Positions 37,434 to 45,707 of a stretch of 64,000 nucleotides of DNA are shown one piece after another. The translations under genes were made by a program, and so were the position numbers. How positions within the stretch are numbered: the stretch's first letter is position 1; each line of letters opens with the position of its first letter. The notes beneath the pieces are model-generated. The model had not been told where the DNA came from. It ran no database searches and saw only the letters and a program-made list of their open reading frames with translations. The stretch lies in NCBI GenBank assembly GCA_963837025.1, contig CAWILT010000002.1:230554-294553 (forward strand), given 5' to 3'. Source of the DNA: an uncultured Alphaproteobacteria bacterium (GTDB lineage: Bacteria > Pseudomonadota > Alphaproteobacteria > Rickettsiales > JALZUV01).

Positions 37434-37455
37434 AAAATGTTCGCGAACATTTTTA
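37434..37455 (+). terminator. terminator after the hip-associated gene
   Basis: Perfect palindrome AAAAATGTTCGCGAACATTTTT. Confidence 0.7.
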
Positions 37456-37517
37456 CAGCGGACAGGTCGAACAAAAAACGATAGTCTAATCAATACAATC
37501 GCCGGAATTGTACCGCA

Positions 37518-37559
37518 AAGCCACGCAACCATTGACCATGGGCGTGGCTTTTGCTTTTT
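37518..37559 (+). terminator. second hairpin/terminator
   Basis: AAGCCACGC ... GCGTGGCTT with a 15-nt loop, followed by TTGCTTTTT. Confidence 0.45.
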
Positions 37560-37768
37560 CCCTTCCCTGTTATAGCAAAAAAGGTACTTCCGGCGATTGA
37601 ACCCTATGCGGCGGGCTTAGGCGCAGGAGTTTTTTAGCGCCAGAAGATTTTTTTGGGTACGCGCCCCCACCGCCAATCATCAAAAAACCAGTCAGAGCAA
37701 CGTGTTCAAGGTGCGTACCTTGGCGCGTACTCATGCGTACCTGACTGCAAAAAAGGAATTTGAATTTG

Positions 37769-38345
37769 TGGATCATCGTTCCCTTAACATTTTGTCCTTG
37801 TGCGCCGGTGTCGGCGGACTCGACCTCGGCATCCGAGTGGCGCAGCCAAATGCTCGAGCAGTCTGTTTTGTCGAGATCGAAGCCTTTGCGTGCGAAATCT
37901 TGGCAACGCGCATGGAAGACAAAAGCTTGGACGAAGCGCCTGTTTGGACGGATTGCCCCCGCGATCACCGGAGGCGATGGAGAAATTGATGGGACCGAAC
38001 GGTCAACGGGCGGGACGATCCCGTCCGAGCAATCTTCGGGAACAGATTATGTGGCCGACCGTGACCGCACAGGATTCCAAAAACAATGCAGGGCCGAGCC
38101 AGTTTGTGCGGAACACGAAGCCGTTGAATGTGGAAGCTGTTTGCCATTCCCACCCGCACCCGAAGGCAATTGGAACGGAATCCCAGCCGGTCTTAAACCC
38201 GCAATTTGTCGAATGGCTGATGGGCTGGCCCATCGGGTGGACAGAATTCGAGCCTGTGGAAACGGTGTCGTCCCATTGGCTGCCGCTCATGCGTGGGGCG
38301 TTCTTACAACTGCAGCAAATGGAGGAAAATAAAAATCATGACTGA
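37769..38345 (+). pseudogene. C5 cytosine DNA methyltransferase, internally deleted and frameshifted
   Basis: Motif I LSLCAGVGGLDLG in one frame. WPTVTAQDSK and LNPQFVEWLMGWPIGWTE in a second. DRIRACGNGVVPLAAAHAW in a third. No PCQ catalytic motif in any frame. Confidence 0.65.
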
Positions 38346-39621
38346 TGCAAAATCAAAAGAACTGAAAATCGAGCATGTATCGGTTGATGACCTGATCCCT
38401 TATGCCAAAAATGCGCGCACACATTCTGATACGCAGGTGGCGCAGATTGCAGCATCGATGACGGAATTCGGGTTTGTGAATCCTATTCTGCTGGGTGAGG
38501 ATAATATCATCATTGCAGGGCATGGGCGTTTGATGGCGGCGAAACTGCTGGGCATGAAAAACGTGCCAACCATTCGCCTGAACCATTTAAACGAAGCACA
38601 GCGCCGTGCGCTGGTGATTGCGGATAATAAAATTGCTGAGAACGCGGGTTGGGATGAAACCCTGCTGCGGGAAGAATTATCCGCGCTGGAAGATTTGGAT
38701 TTCAACATAGACTTGTTGGGTTTTAATGCTGAGGAATTGGACAATCTGTTCTTGGATGATGCCAATGCCGCTGGCGGCTTAACCGATGAAGATGCAGCAC
38801 CTGAAGTGCCAGAAACGCCTATCAGCGTCCCTGGCGATATTTGGATTTGCGGTGAGCATAAAGTGCTGTGCGGCGACTCCACCATGATTGATAGTTACAA
38901 TGCCTTGTTAGGTGAAGAACTGGCGGACATGGTTTTTACCGATCCGCCTTATAACGTCAATTACGCAAACTCCATGAAAGACAAAATGCGGGGTAAAGCC
39001 CGCCCGATCCAAAATGATAATCTGGGCGATGGGTTTGGCGATTTTCTCTATGATGTTTGCACCAATCTGATGATGGTGTGCAAAGGCGCAATGTATGTGT
39101 GCATGAGCTCGTCCGAGCTTCATACGCTGCACGGCGCATTTGTTGGCGCAGGTGGCAAATGGTCGACCTTTATCATCTGGGCAAAAAATACCTTCACGCT
39201 GGGGCGGGCGGATTATCAGCGCCAGTATGAGCCGATCCTTTATGGCTGGAAAGATGGGCATGAGCATTTTTGGTGCGGGGCCAGAGATCAAAGCGATGTT
39301 TGGTTTGTGAACAAGCCTGTTAAAAATGACCTGCACCCCACCATGAAACCTGTGGAGCTGGTGGAGCGTGCCATTCACAATTCCAGTAAAACCAAGGATA
39401 TTGTTTTGGATGCGTTTGGCGGTTCGGGATCAACCATGATCGCCTGCGAAAAAACAGGTCGCCGCGCCAGATTGATTGAGCTTGATCCCAAATATGTCGA
39501 TGTCATCGTCAAACGTTGGGAGGATTTTACAGGGAAGAAAGCCGTTTTAAATTCTACAGAAAAGGAGTTTGATGAATTGGCTAAATCCCGGAAAAAGAGT
39601 AAAGTAGATGAAATTAATTGA
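38338..39621 (+). CDS. ParB-like nuclease domain fused to N6-adenine/N4-cytosine DNA methyltransferase
   Basis: VDDLIPYAKNARTHS...IIAGHGRLMAA (ParB N-terminal domain), FTDPPYNVNY (motif IV), VLDAFGGSGSTMIA (motif I). Confidence 0.9.
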   Translation: MTDAKSKELKIEHVSVDDLIPYAKNARTHSDTQVAQIAASMTEFGFVNPILLGEDNIIIAGHGRLMAAKLLGMKNVPTIRLNHLNEAQRRALVIADNKIAENAGWDETLLREELSALEDLDFNIDLLGFNAEELDNLFLDDANAAGGLTDEDAAPEVPETPISVPGDIWICGEHKVLCGDSTMIDSYNALLGEELADMVFTDPPYNVNYANSMKDKMRGKARPIQNDNLGDGFGDFLYDVCTNLMMVCKGAMYVCMSSSELHTLHGAFVGAGGKWSTFIIWAKNTFTLGRADYQRQYEPILYGWKDGHEHFWCGARDQSDVWFVNKPVKNDLHPTMKPVELVERAIHNSSKTKDIVLDAFGGSGSTMIACEKTGRRARLIELDPKYVDVIVKRWEDFTGKKAVLNSTEKEFDELAKSRKKSKVDEIN

Positions 39622-39630
39622 GGGAACATA

Positions 39631-40641
39631 ATGGCAGAAATTTCATATTTTCAAAAATACTCGCAACGAGAAAATCATATCACCAATAATACGATGCTTA
39701 TGTTCCGGCATATCTATCGTCATAATCCGTTGCGCTTTGAAAAGTTTTTGAAAGAAATCATATCTGACGCTCAAATTGATATTGGATTGGTTTTTAGCCA
39801 ACAAATCAGAGAGCAAAGCAGCATCCCAGATGGGTACATTCGTCAAACTCCATTGAGCATTTACATTGAAGCAAAAGCCGACGGCGAGCTTTATTTGGAA
39901 CAAATTCAACGTCATGTCGATAGTGTTGTAAAATCAAACCTTCCGAAAGGTTCTGCAGTAATAATAGGGTTGGCAAAGAAGCAACCCAATGAAGCAGTTA
40001 TCAAAGAATTTGAACGTGTTTGTAATGATGTGGGTATTCATTACACGACCATTACATATTTAGAATTAGTGGCCTTGCTAAACGACAAGGGTATTTTTCC
40101 AGAACATGAAACTGATTTACAGGAAATAATTGAAGATTATGAGACATTCTTAAGATCAGACGGAATGTTACCAAATCCCTACGAAATGGTGGCTTTCCCC
40201 TGCGGAACATCTTGGGACGAGAACATTAAATACAGCATATATTACGAACAATCTTCCAAATCCTCTAAAGCGCATGTTCCATATATAGGAATTTACAACA
40301 ATAAAAAAATCACTCACATCGCCGAAATTCTTGGGACTTGCATTTGTAAACCTGAAAAAGATGGTCTGGTCTTTGAAAAAGAATATGGATGCGTATCACA
40401 AGAAGACATAGATAAAATCCGAGATGTGATCTCGGCGACTAATTACTATGATCTTAATCAAGGATTAGAAAGATATTACCTCTTGGGCGATCTTTATGAA
40501 GTTAATATCGAGAAAAAATCTTCTGGCGGTATTCGTGGTCACAGATACTTTGATTTACAAGAGTTATCCGGTGATAAAATTTTGCCAGAAGATTCCATAG
40601 AAGACATATCAAAAAAAGTTTCAGGCAGTAGCTTTATCTAA
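39631..40641 (+). CDS. hypothetical protein with N-terminal PD-(D/E)xK nuclease-like motifs
   Basis: GAGGGA Shine-Dalgarno, 9 nt after the methylase stop. RENHITNNTMLMF ... IPDGYI ... LSIYIEAKADGEL ... QIQRH. AT-rich. C-terminal 200 aa unrecognised. Confidence 0.55.
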   Translation: MAEISYFQKYSQRENHITNNTMLMFRHIYRHNPLRFEKFLKEIISDAQIDIGLVFSQQIREQSSIPDGYIRQTPLSIYIEAKADGELYLEQIQRHVDSVVKSNLPKGSAVIIGLAKKQPNEAVIKEFERVCNDVGIHYTTITYLELVALLNDKGIFPEHETDLQEIIEDYETFLRSDGMLPNPYEMVAFPCGTSWDENIKYSIYYEQSSKSSKAHVPYIGIYNNKKITHIAEILGTCICKPEKDGLVFEKEYGCVSQEDIDKIRDVISATNYYDLNQGLERYYLLGDLYEVNIEKKSSGGIRGHRYFDLQELSGDKILPEDSIEDISKKVSGSSFI

Positions 40642-40920
40642 AATTTTGTAACGCCGCACGCCATCAACACGTTCGCTGATAATCTCTGCGCCTGCTTTTT
40701 TGAGGATAGAGAGATGCCCGCGCACGGTGTGGGCTTGCCAGCCGGTTTGTTTGGTTAGCTCCTCAATCGTCGCCCCCTTATCGGATTTGAGCAGTTGCTC
40801 AACCAGCGTCTTCTTGGTGATTTTTGGCGCTGGCTCTGCTGTAGTTTCGGGCGTTGTTTCGACGGCCTCGACTGGCTTTGCATCAAGGGCTTCAATTGGT
40901 TTTTTGCTTTGTTTTGTCAT
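40621..40920 (-). CDS. DUF3489-family protein
   Basis: KKTLVEQLLKSDKGATIEELTKQTGWQAHTVRGHLS...RRYKI. Met at 40920. Confidence 0.7.
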   Translation of the reverse strand: MTKQSKKPIEALDAKPVEAVETTPETTAEPAPKITKKTLVEQLLKSDKGATIEELTKQTGWQAHTVRGHLSILKKAGAEIISERVDGVRRYKILDKATA

Positions 40921-41003
40921 GGTTTTTCCTTTCTGTTGTGATGTCCATGAATGCTTCAATAGGCACGCTTATCAAGTCAATAATCCTTAAAAAGTGAGAG
41001 AAT

Positions 41004-41504
41004 ATGGGACTTTCAATCAGGAAATACGCCACATTGCGCGGTGTAACCGAAGGCGCTGTGCGGAAAGCTATCAGCTCGGGGCGCATCACGCCGAATGAGG
41101 ATGGCACAATCGATGTCGAACGGGCGGATCGTGAATGGAAAGAAAATACCGATGAGGCAAAAATCAATACGGGTCTGCCGGTGATGACCGAGAACATGCC
41201 CGCCGCCAACGGCAAGCCATCGTTTACCAAAATCAAAACGGCGCATGAGCTTTATAAGGCGCAGCTGACACAGCTTTCCCTACAGGAAAAGAAAGGACAG
41301 CTCATCAACAAAGACATGGTGAAAACCCAAGTGTATCGCCTGGGGCGGCAGGTTCGGGATAGCTGGCTGAATTGGCCTGCGCGTGTGTCGGCCTTGATGG
41401 CTGCTGATCTGGGCATTGACGAACACGCTCTTCATCAGGCGTTAGAGCGCTATGTGAGGGAGCATTTAAATGACATTGGAGAGGGAAAACTCAATTTCGA
41501 TTGA
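41004..41504 (+). CDS. phage terminase small subunit (Nu1-like HTH)
   Basis: LSIRKYATLRGVTEGAVRKAISSGRI... N-terminal HTH. Position and overlap with the large subunit. Confidence 0.7.
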   Translation: MGLSIRKYATLRGVTEGAVRKAISSGRITPNEDGTIDVERADREWKENTDEAKINTGLPVMTENMPAANGKPSFTKIKTAHELYKAQLTQLSLQEKKGQLINKDMVKTQVYRLGRQVRDSWLNWPARVSALMAADLGIDEHALHQALERYVREHLNDIGEGKLNFD

Positions 41505-42990
41505 GTATGACGCGGCATTTGTTCAAAACGTCTACCTCAAAAGTTTCACCCCCGAACCGCATTATGATGTTGCCGATTGGGCCGATAAATATCGCCTGTT
41601 ATCGGGTAAATCCGCAGTAGAACCTGGGGAATGGAAAACCGCCCGCACGCCTTACCTCAAAGAGGTAATGAACCAGCTTTCCACCAGCTCGCCCGCACAG
41701 CGCATTGTGTTTATGAAGGGCGCGCAGGTCGGCGGAACGGAAGCCGGTAATAACTGGATTGGTTATATCGTGCATATGGCGCCAGGGCCGATGATGGCGG
41801 TATCGCCCACGGTGGAGCTGGCCAAGCGTAATTCGAAACAGCGGATCGAGCCGTTGCTGCAGGAAACGCCGGAATTGCGCGAGCGTGTAAAGCCTGCGCG
41901 CGAACGGGATAGCGGTAATACAATCCTGAGTAAAGAATTTGAAGGCGGTCTGTTGATTATGACGGGGGCAAATTCGGCGGCGGGTCTGCGCTCTATGCCT
42001 GCGCGGTATTTGTTTATGGATGAGATTGATGCCTATCCAGGGGACGTTGGCGGCGAAGGTGATCCGATCCTGCTGGCCGAACGCCGAAGCGCGACATTCC
42101 GCCTGCGCCGTAAGATTTTTATGGTGAGTACGCCAACAGTGAAAGGAATATCCCGTGTGCAGCGTGAGTTTGAGAAAAGCGATCAGCGCTATTTTTTTGT
42201 TCCTTGCACGAAATGTGGCCATTACCAGCATTTGCGCTTTACACAACTGCGCTGGCCTGAGGGCGATCCGGAAGAAGCTAAATACGCTTGTGAATCCTGC
42301 GGGCGTCTCATGCATAATCATGAGAAAACCTTACTGCTATCCAAGGGTGAATGGCGGGCAACGGCGGAAAGCATTGATGGCACGGTTGGTTATCATTTGT
42401 CATCGCTCTACAGTCCCGTCGGGTGGTTTAGCTGGTCGGATGCGGCAACGCTATTTGAAGAAGCCAAGCGCAATCCCGATCTCATGAAGGGTTTTGTCAA
42501 CACGGTGCTGGGTGAACCTTATGAGGAATCATCCGAAGCGCCGGAATGGCAACGCATTTATGAGCGCCGTGAAAAATACAGCCAGGGTGTTGTGCCGATG
42601 GGCGGTTTATTCCTCACCGCCGGTGTGGATGTGCAAAAAGACCGTCTTGAATGTGAAGTGGTGGCTTGGGGACGCAACAAACAAAACTGGTCGGTGGATT
42701 ATATCATCATCGATGGGGATACCGCCCGCCAAGATACATGGGATCGGCTCGCGGTCGAAGTCTTGGAACGTGATTGGCTTCATGCCTCTGGTCACACCAT
42801 GCCCATTCGGGTGATGGCGGTGGATTCCGGTTATGCCACGCAGGATGTTTACGCCTTTGTGCGCCAGCATCCGCAGGCCGTTTGGGGTGGTTCGGGCGCA
42901 CGCGCCAGCCAGCCACGCACTGTGGTTGCCATTAAGGGACAAGAGCGCAATACGGCGCTGATCTTGAGCGTGTCCAAAGCTGATGCGTAT
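41470..42990 (+). pseudogene. terminase large subunit (lambda GpA family), 3'-truncated by deletion and fused in frame to a portal fragment
   Basis: FMKGAQVGGTE, YLFMDEIDAY, zinc-ribbon-like CTKCGHYQ...CESCG, VDVQKDRLECEVVAWG, MAVDSGY. The junction coordinate is approximate (42980..43010). Confidence 0.8.
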
Positions 42991-43915
42991 TTGGGCTTTG
43001 GCGTCGATATCAGCGATTGGGAGCGTATCCCCTCAGTGACCAGTTTTGGTCGCCGCCGTGTTCTGCATATTCATGATAAGGAGCGCACCGGGCAGCATCG
43101 TGGGAAGCCGCTTCTGACTTCCATCATGCCGATGTTTAAAATGCTGGATCATTATGAAAGGTCCGAGCTTCAGGCGGCGGTGGTGAATGCCATGATTGCG
43201 GCGTTTATTGAAACACCGCTGGATGGTGAAAGCATTGGCGAGATGTTTGGCGGGTCGGTGGATGATTACCTCGCCGCCCGTAATGAATGGGATATTCGCC
43301 TGCAGGGTGGATCAATTATTCCGATATTTCCGGGCGATAAAGTTGCGCCCTTTACGCCAAGCCGCCCGAATAGCGGCTACGGTCAGTTTGTTGAGAACGT
43401 ACTGCGCCATATTGGTGCGGGTTTGAATATTCCGTTTGAATTGTTGATGAAGGATTTTTCCAAAACCAACTATTCAAGCGCCCGGGCGGCACTCTTGGAG
43501 GCATGGCGATATTTTTCGGCGCAACGCCAGTGGCTTGCCACCTACTGGGCAAGGCCTGTTTATGAACTATGGCTGGAAGAAGCGATTAACAAGGGGCTCA
43601 TTGAAGCCCCTGATTTTTATGAGAACAAAGCCGCATGGACACGGTGCAAGTGGATTGGTCCCAGGTCGTGGTTGGGTTGATCCTGTCAAAGAAGCCAAAG
43701 CAGCCCATCTAAGGATGCAGATTGGTCTTTCCACGCTGGAAGATGAATGTGCCAGCCAAGGCTTGGATTGGGAAGAAGTCTTGGAACAGCTTGCCCGTGA
43801 AAAAGCCAAGATCACTGAGCTTGGCCTCACGATCAATGATGTGAACAGCATTTTAAACACCAACACTCAAGAAAAAGAGGATAACGATGAGAATCTGGAA
43901 CCGCATAACCGGTGA
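42991..43915 (+). pseudogene. lambda-family portal protein, C-terminal fragment, frameshifted
   Basis: VLHIHDKERTGQHRGKPLL...SELQAAVVNAMIAAFIE...YSSARAALLEAWRYF. Deleting the extra A at 43663 restores WIGPGRGWVDPVKEAKA. Confidence 0.75.
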
Positions 43916-44285
43916 TCCGTGGGCGATCACTGAAACCGCCTTGCACACGATTTTGGAAGTGGCCGCGCGTGAAAATGAAGCGCCCGAAGCGGTTGCTGCC
44001 AAACTCGGTCGTCAATTGCAAAACAGCTATAACGCCACCGAGCGTGATGGTGTTGCCATTATTCCTGTAACAGGGCCGCTCTTTCGTTACGCCAATATCT
44101 TCACGGCGATCAGCGGTGCGTCCAGCTATGAGTTGATTGCGCGTGATTTTATGAGCGCCCTTGAAAACCCGCAAATCAGCTCGATTATTTTGGATATTGA
44201 TTCCCCCGGCGGTGAAGTCAACGGCGTGTCCGAGCTGGCCAGTATGATTTTTGAAGCACGCGGCACAAAACCGATCATTGCTTAA
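43887..44285 (+). pseudogene. S49/ClpP-like head maturation protease, N-terminal 132 aa only
   Basis: VAIIPVTGPLFRYAN...ILDIDSPGGEVNGVSELASMIFEARGTKPIIA, then a stop. About two-thirds of a normal protease/scaffold protein is missing. Confidence 0.7.
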
Positions 44286-44356
44286 CCTCGAAAAACGTTG
44301 GTACATTGGTTGGTATATTGAATCTGTAGAGAAAAATATACCAACCTTTTGATCCG

Positions 44357-44731
44357 ATTAAGAAGTTAAACGATACCAGATGTAAAAATGCGAAGCCATT
44401 TGATCCTCCATCGAGGTCTCCTCGTAAGTTGGCGGATGGAGAGGGGTTGTACCTTTGGGTATTCCCTGACGGAGCAAAGAGATGGAGATTTGTTTATAAA
44501 CTTAAAGGAAAACAAAAGAATGAAGCCTTGGGTGTTTATCCAGAAGTGAGCCTAAGAGAAGCAAGAGATAAAAAGGCCGAGGCTAGAAAACTTATAAAAG
44601 AAGGTAAAGACCTCTCACTTGAACGTAAAAAACAGAAACTATTGGCCAATCAAAATAGTGATAATACCTTTGAGAATGTGGCGCGTCGATGGTTTCAAAC
44701 TAATTTTAAGATAAGTTTATTTAGACCTTAG
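44357..44731 (+). pseudogene. P4-type tyrosine integrase, N-terminal (DUF4102-like) stub
   Basis: My upstream extension plus the track ORF gives KKLNDTRCKNAKP...RKLADGEGLYLWVFPDGAKRWRFVYKLKGKQKNEALGVYPEVSLREARDKKAEARKLIKEG...TFENVARRWF. No ATG, and no catalytic domain. Confidence 0.75.
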
Positions 44732-44885
44732 TGCTTATAATAAACTAATCCGATGCCTGCGATTGTATTTGGCATGGGGAGTTTTAATACGGTGAAGGCC
44801 GGAAAGCCACGTTGCGCTTAAGATGTATTTTATTGATTTTCAGAACAAAGCGCAAAGTTTTAAACGATAATTCAGTTCCACAATA

Positions 44886-45707
44886 TTAAAATTGATTGAG
44901 GCATTTTTTTAGACTTTCCGTCCAATGGGGTATTTGAATATTCAGATTACATTTTATTTTTTCTTTACTTAAAACACTGTAATATGGTCGCGTAGCTTTT
45001 GCAGGATAATCTTCTAATGAAATGGCTGTTACATCACAAGTAAGATTTAATTGCTTAATAATTTCATGCGCAAAATCATACCATGAACAAACTCCCTCAT
45101 TTGAATAATGGTAAATATCTTTAGTGTTCTCTTTTATTTTTGGCAAGATATCGACAACCACTTGTGCCAGATCCCCTACATAAGTTGGCATTCCCACTTG
45201 GTCGGATACCACAGCAATGGAACTATTTTCGTTAGCAATTCGTTTAATTGTTGTCATAAAGTTTTTACCCTGCGCATCATAAAGCCATGACGTCCGAAGA
45301 ATAATTGCCGTCGACGCATAATCAAGAACAGCCTTTTCACCTCCCAATTTTGAATGGCCATAAACCGACTGTGGGTTAGGGATATTTTCTTCTGTATAGG
45401 GTCTGTGCGCCGTGCCATCGAATACATAGTCGGTCGATATATGAATAATTTTAGCTCCTGTTAATGACAAATTACGAACGCCGTCAACATTGACTTTTGT
45501 TGCTAAAGCAATTTGATCCTCTGCCTCATCAACCGATGTATAACCTGCGCAATTTATGATAGTGTCAATTTTATTCTTAGAGATAAAATGGGCAACTGAT
45601 TTTTGATCAGTAATATCTAATTCTTTTTTATTTAAAGTAAGAGCATTGGGCAGTAGCAATGATAACGCACGCCCTAATTGACCTTGCCCACCGGTAATTA
45701 ATAGCAT
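44886..45707 (-). CDS. rfbD: dTDP-4-dehydrorhamnose reductase
   Basis: MLLITGGQGQLGRAL..., INCAGYTSVDEAE, STDYVFDG. AT-rich. Confidence 0.9.
   Translation of the reverse strand: MLLITGGQGQLGRALSLLLPNALTLNKKELDITDQKSVAHFISKNKIDTIINCAGYTSVDEAEDQIALATKVNVDGVRNLSLTGAKIIHISTDYVFDGTAHRPYTEENIPNPQSVYGHSKLGGEKAVLDYASTAIILRTSWLYDAQGKNFMTTIKRIANENSSIAVVSDQVGMPTYVGDLAQVVVDILPKIKENTKDIYHYSNEGVCSWYDFAHEIIKQLNLTCDVTAISLEDYPAKATRPYYSVLSKEKIKCNLNIQIPHWTESLKKCLNQF

Larger units (their letters stand above)
29368..44285. mobile_element. degraded prophage-like island next to tRNA-Tyr (serine-recombinase module, regulatory/replication genes, cargo TA and methylase genes, broken lambda-type packaging module)
   Basis: Begins directly after the tRNA. 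Gene content is listed in the following features. The right edge is set by the truncated head-protease gene. No att repeat identified. Confidence 0.75.

Noticed and set aside
41599-42321. 240-aa minus-strand ORF inside the terminase gene, plus the stacked ORFs at 33331..33744 and 37570..37968.
   Set aside because: They are antisense or overlapping frames of GC-richer phage DNA. The Arg/Pro/Ala-rich translations have no motifs, while the plus-strand genes have clear homology.
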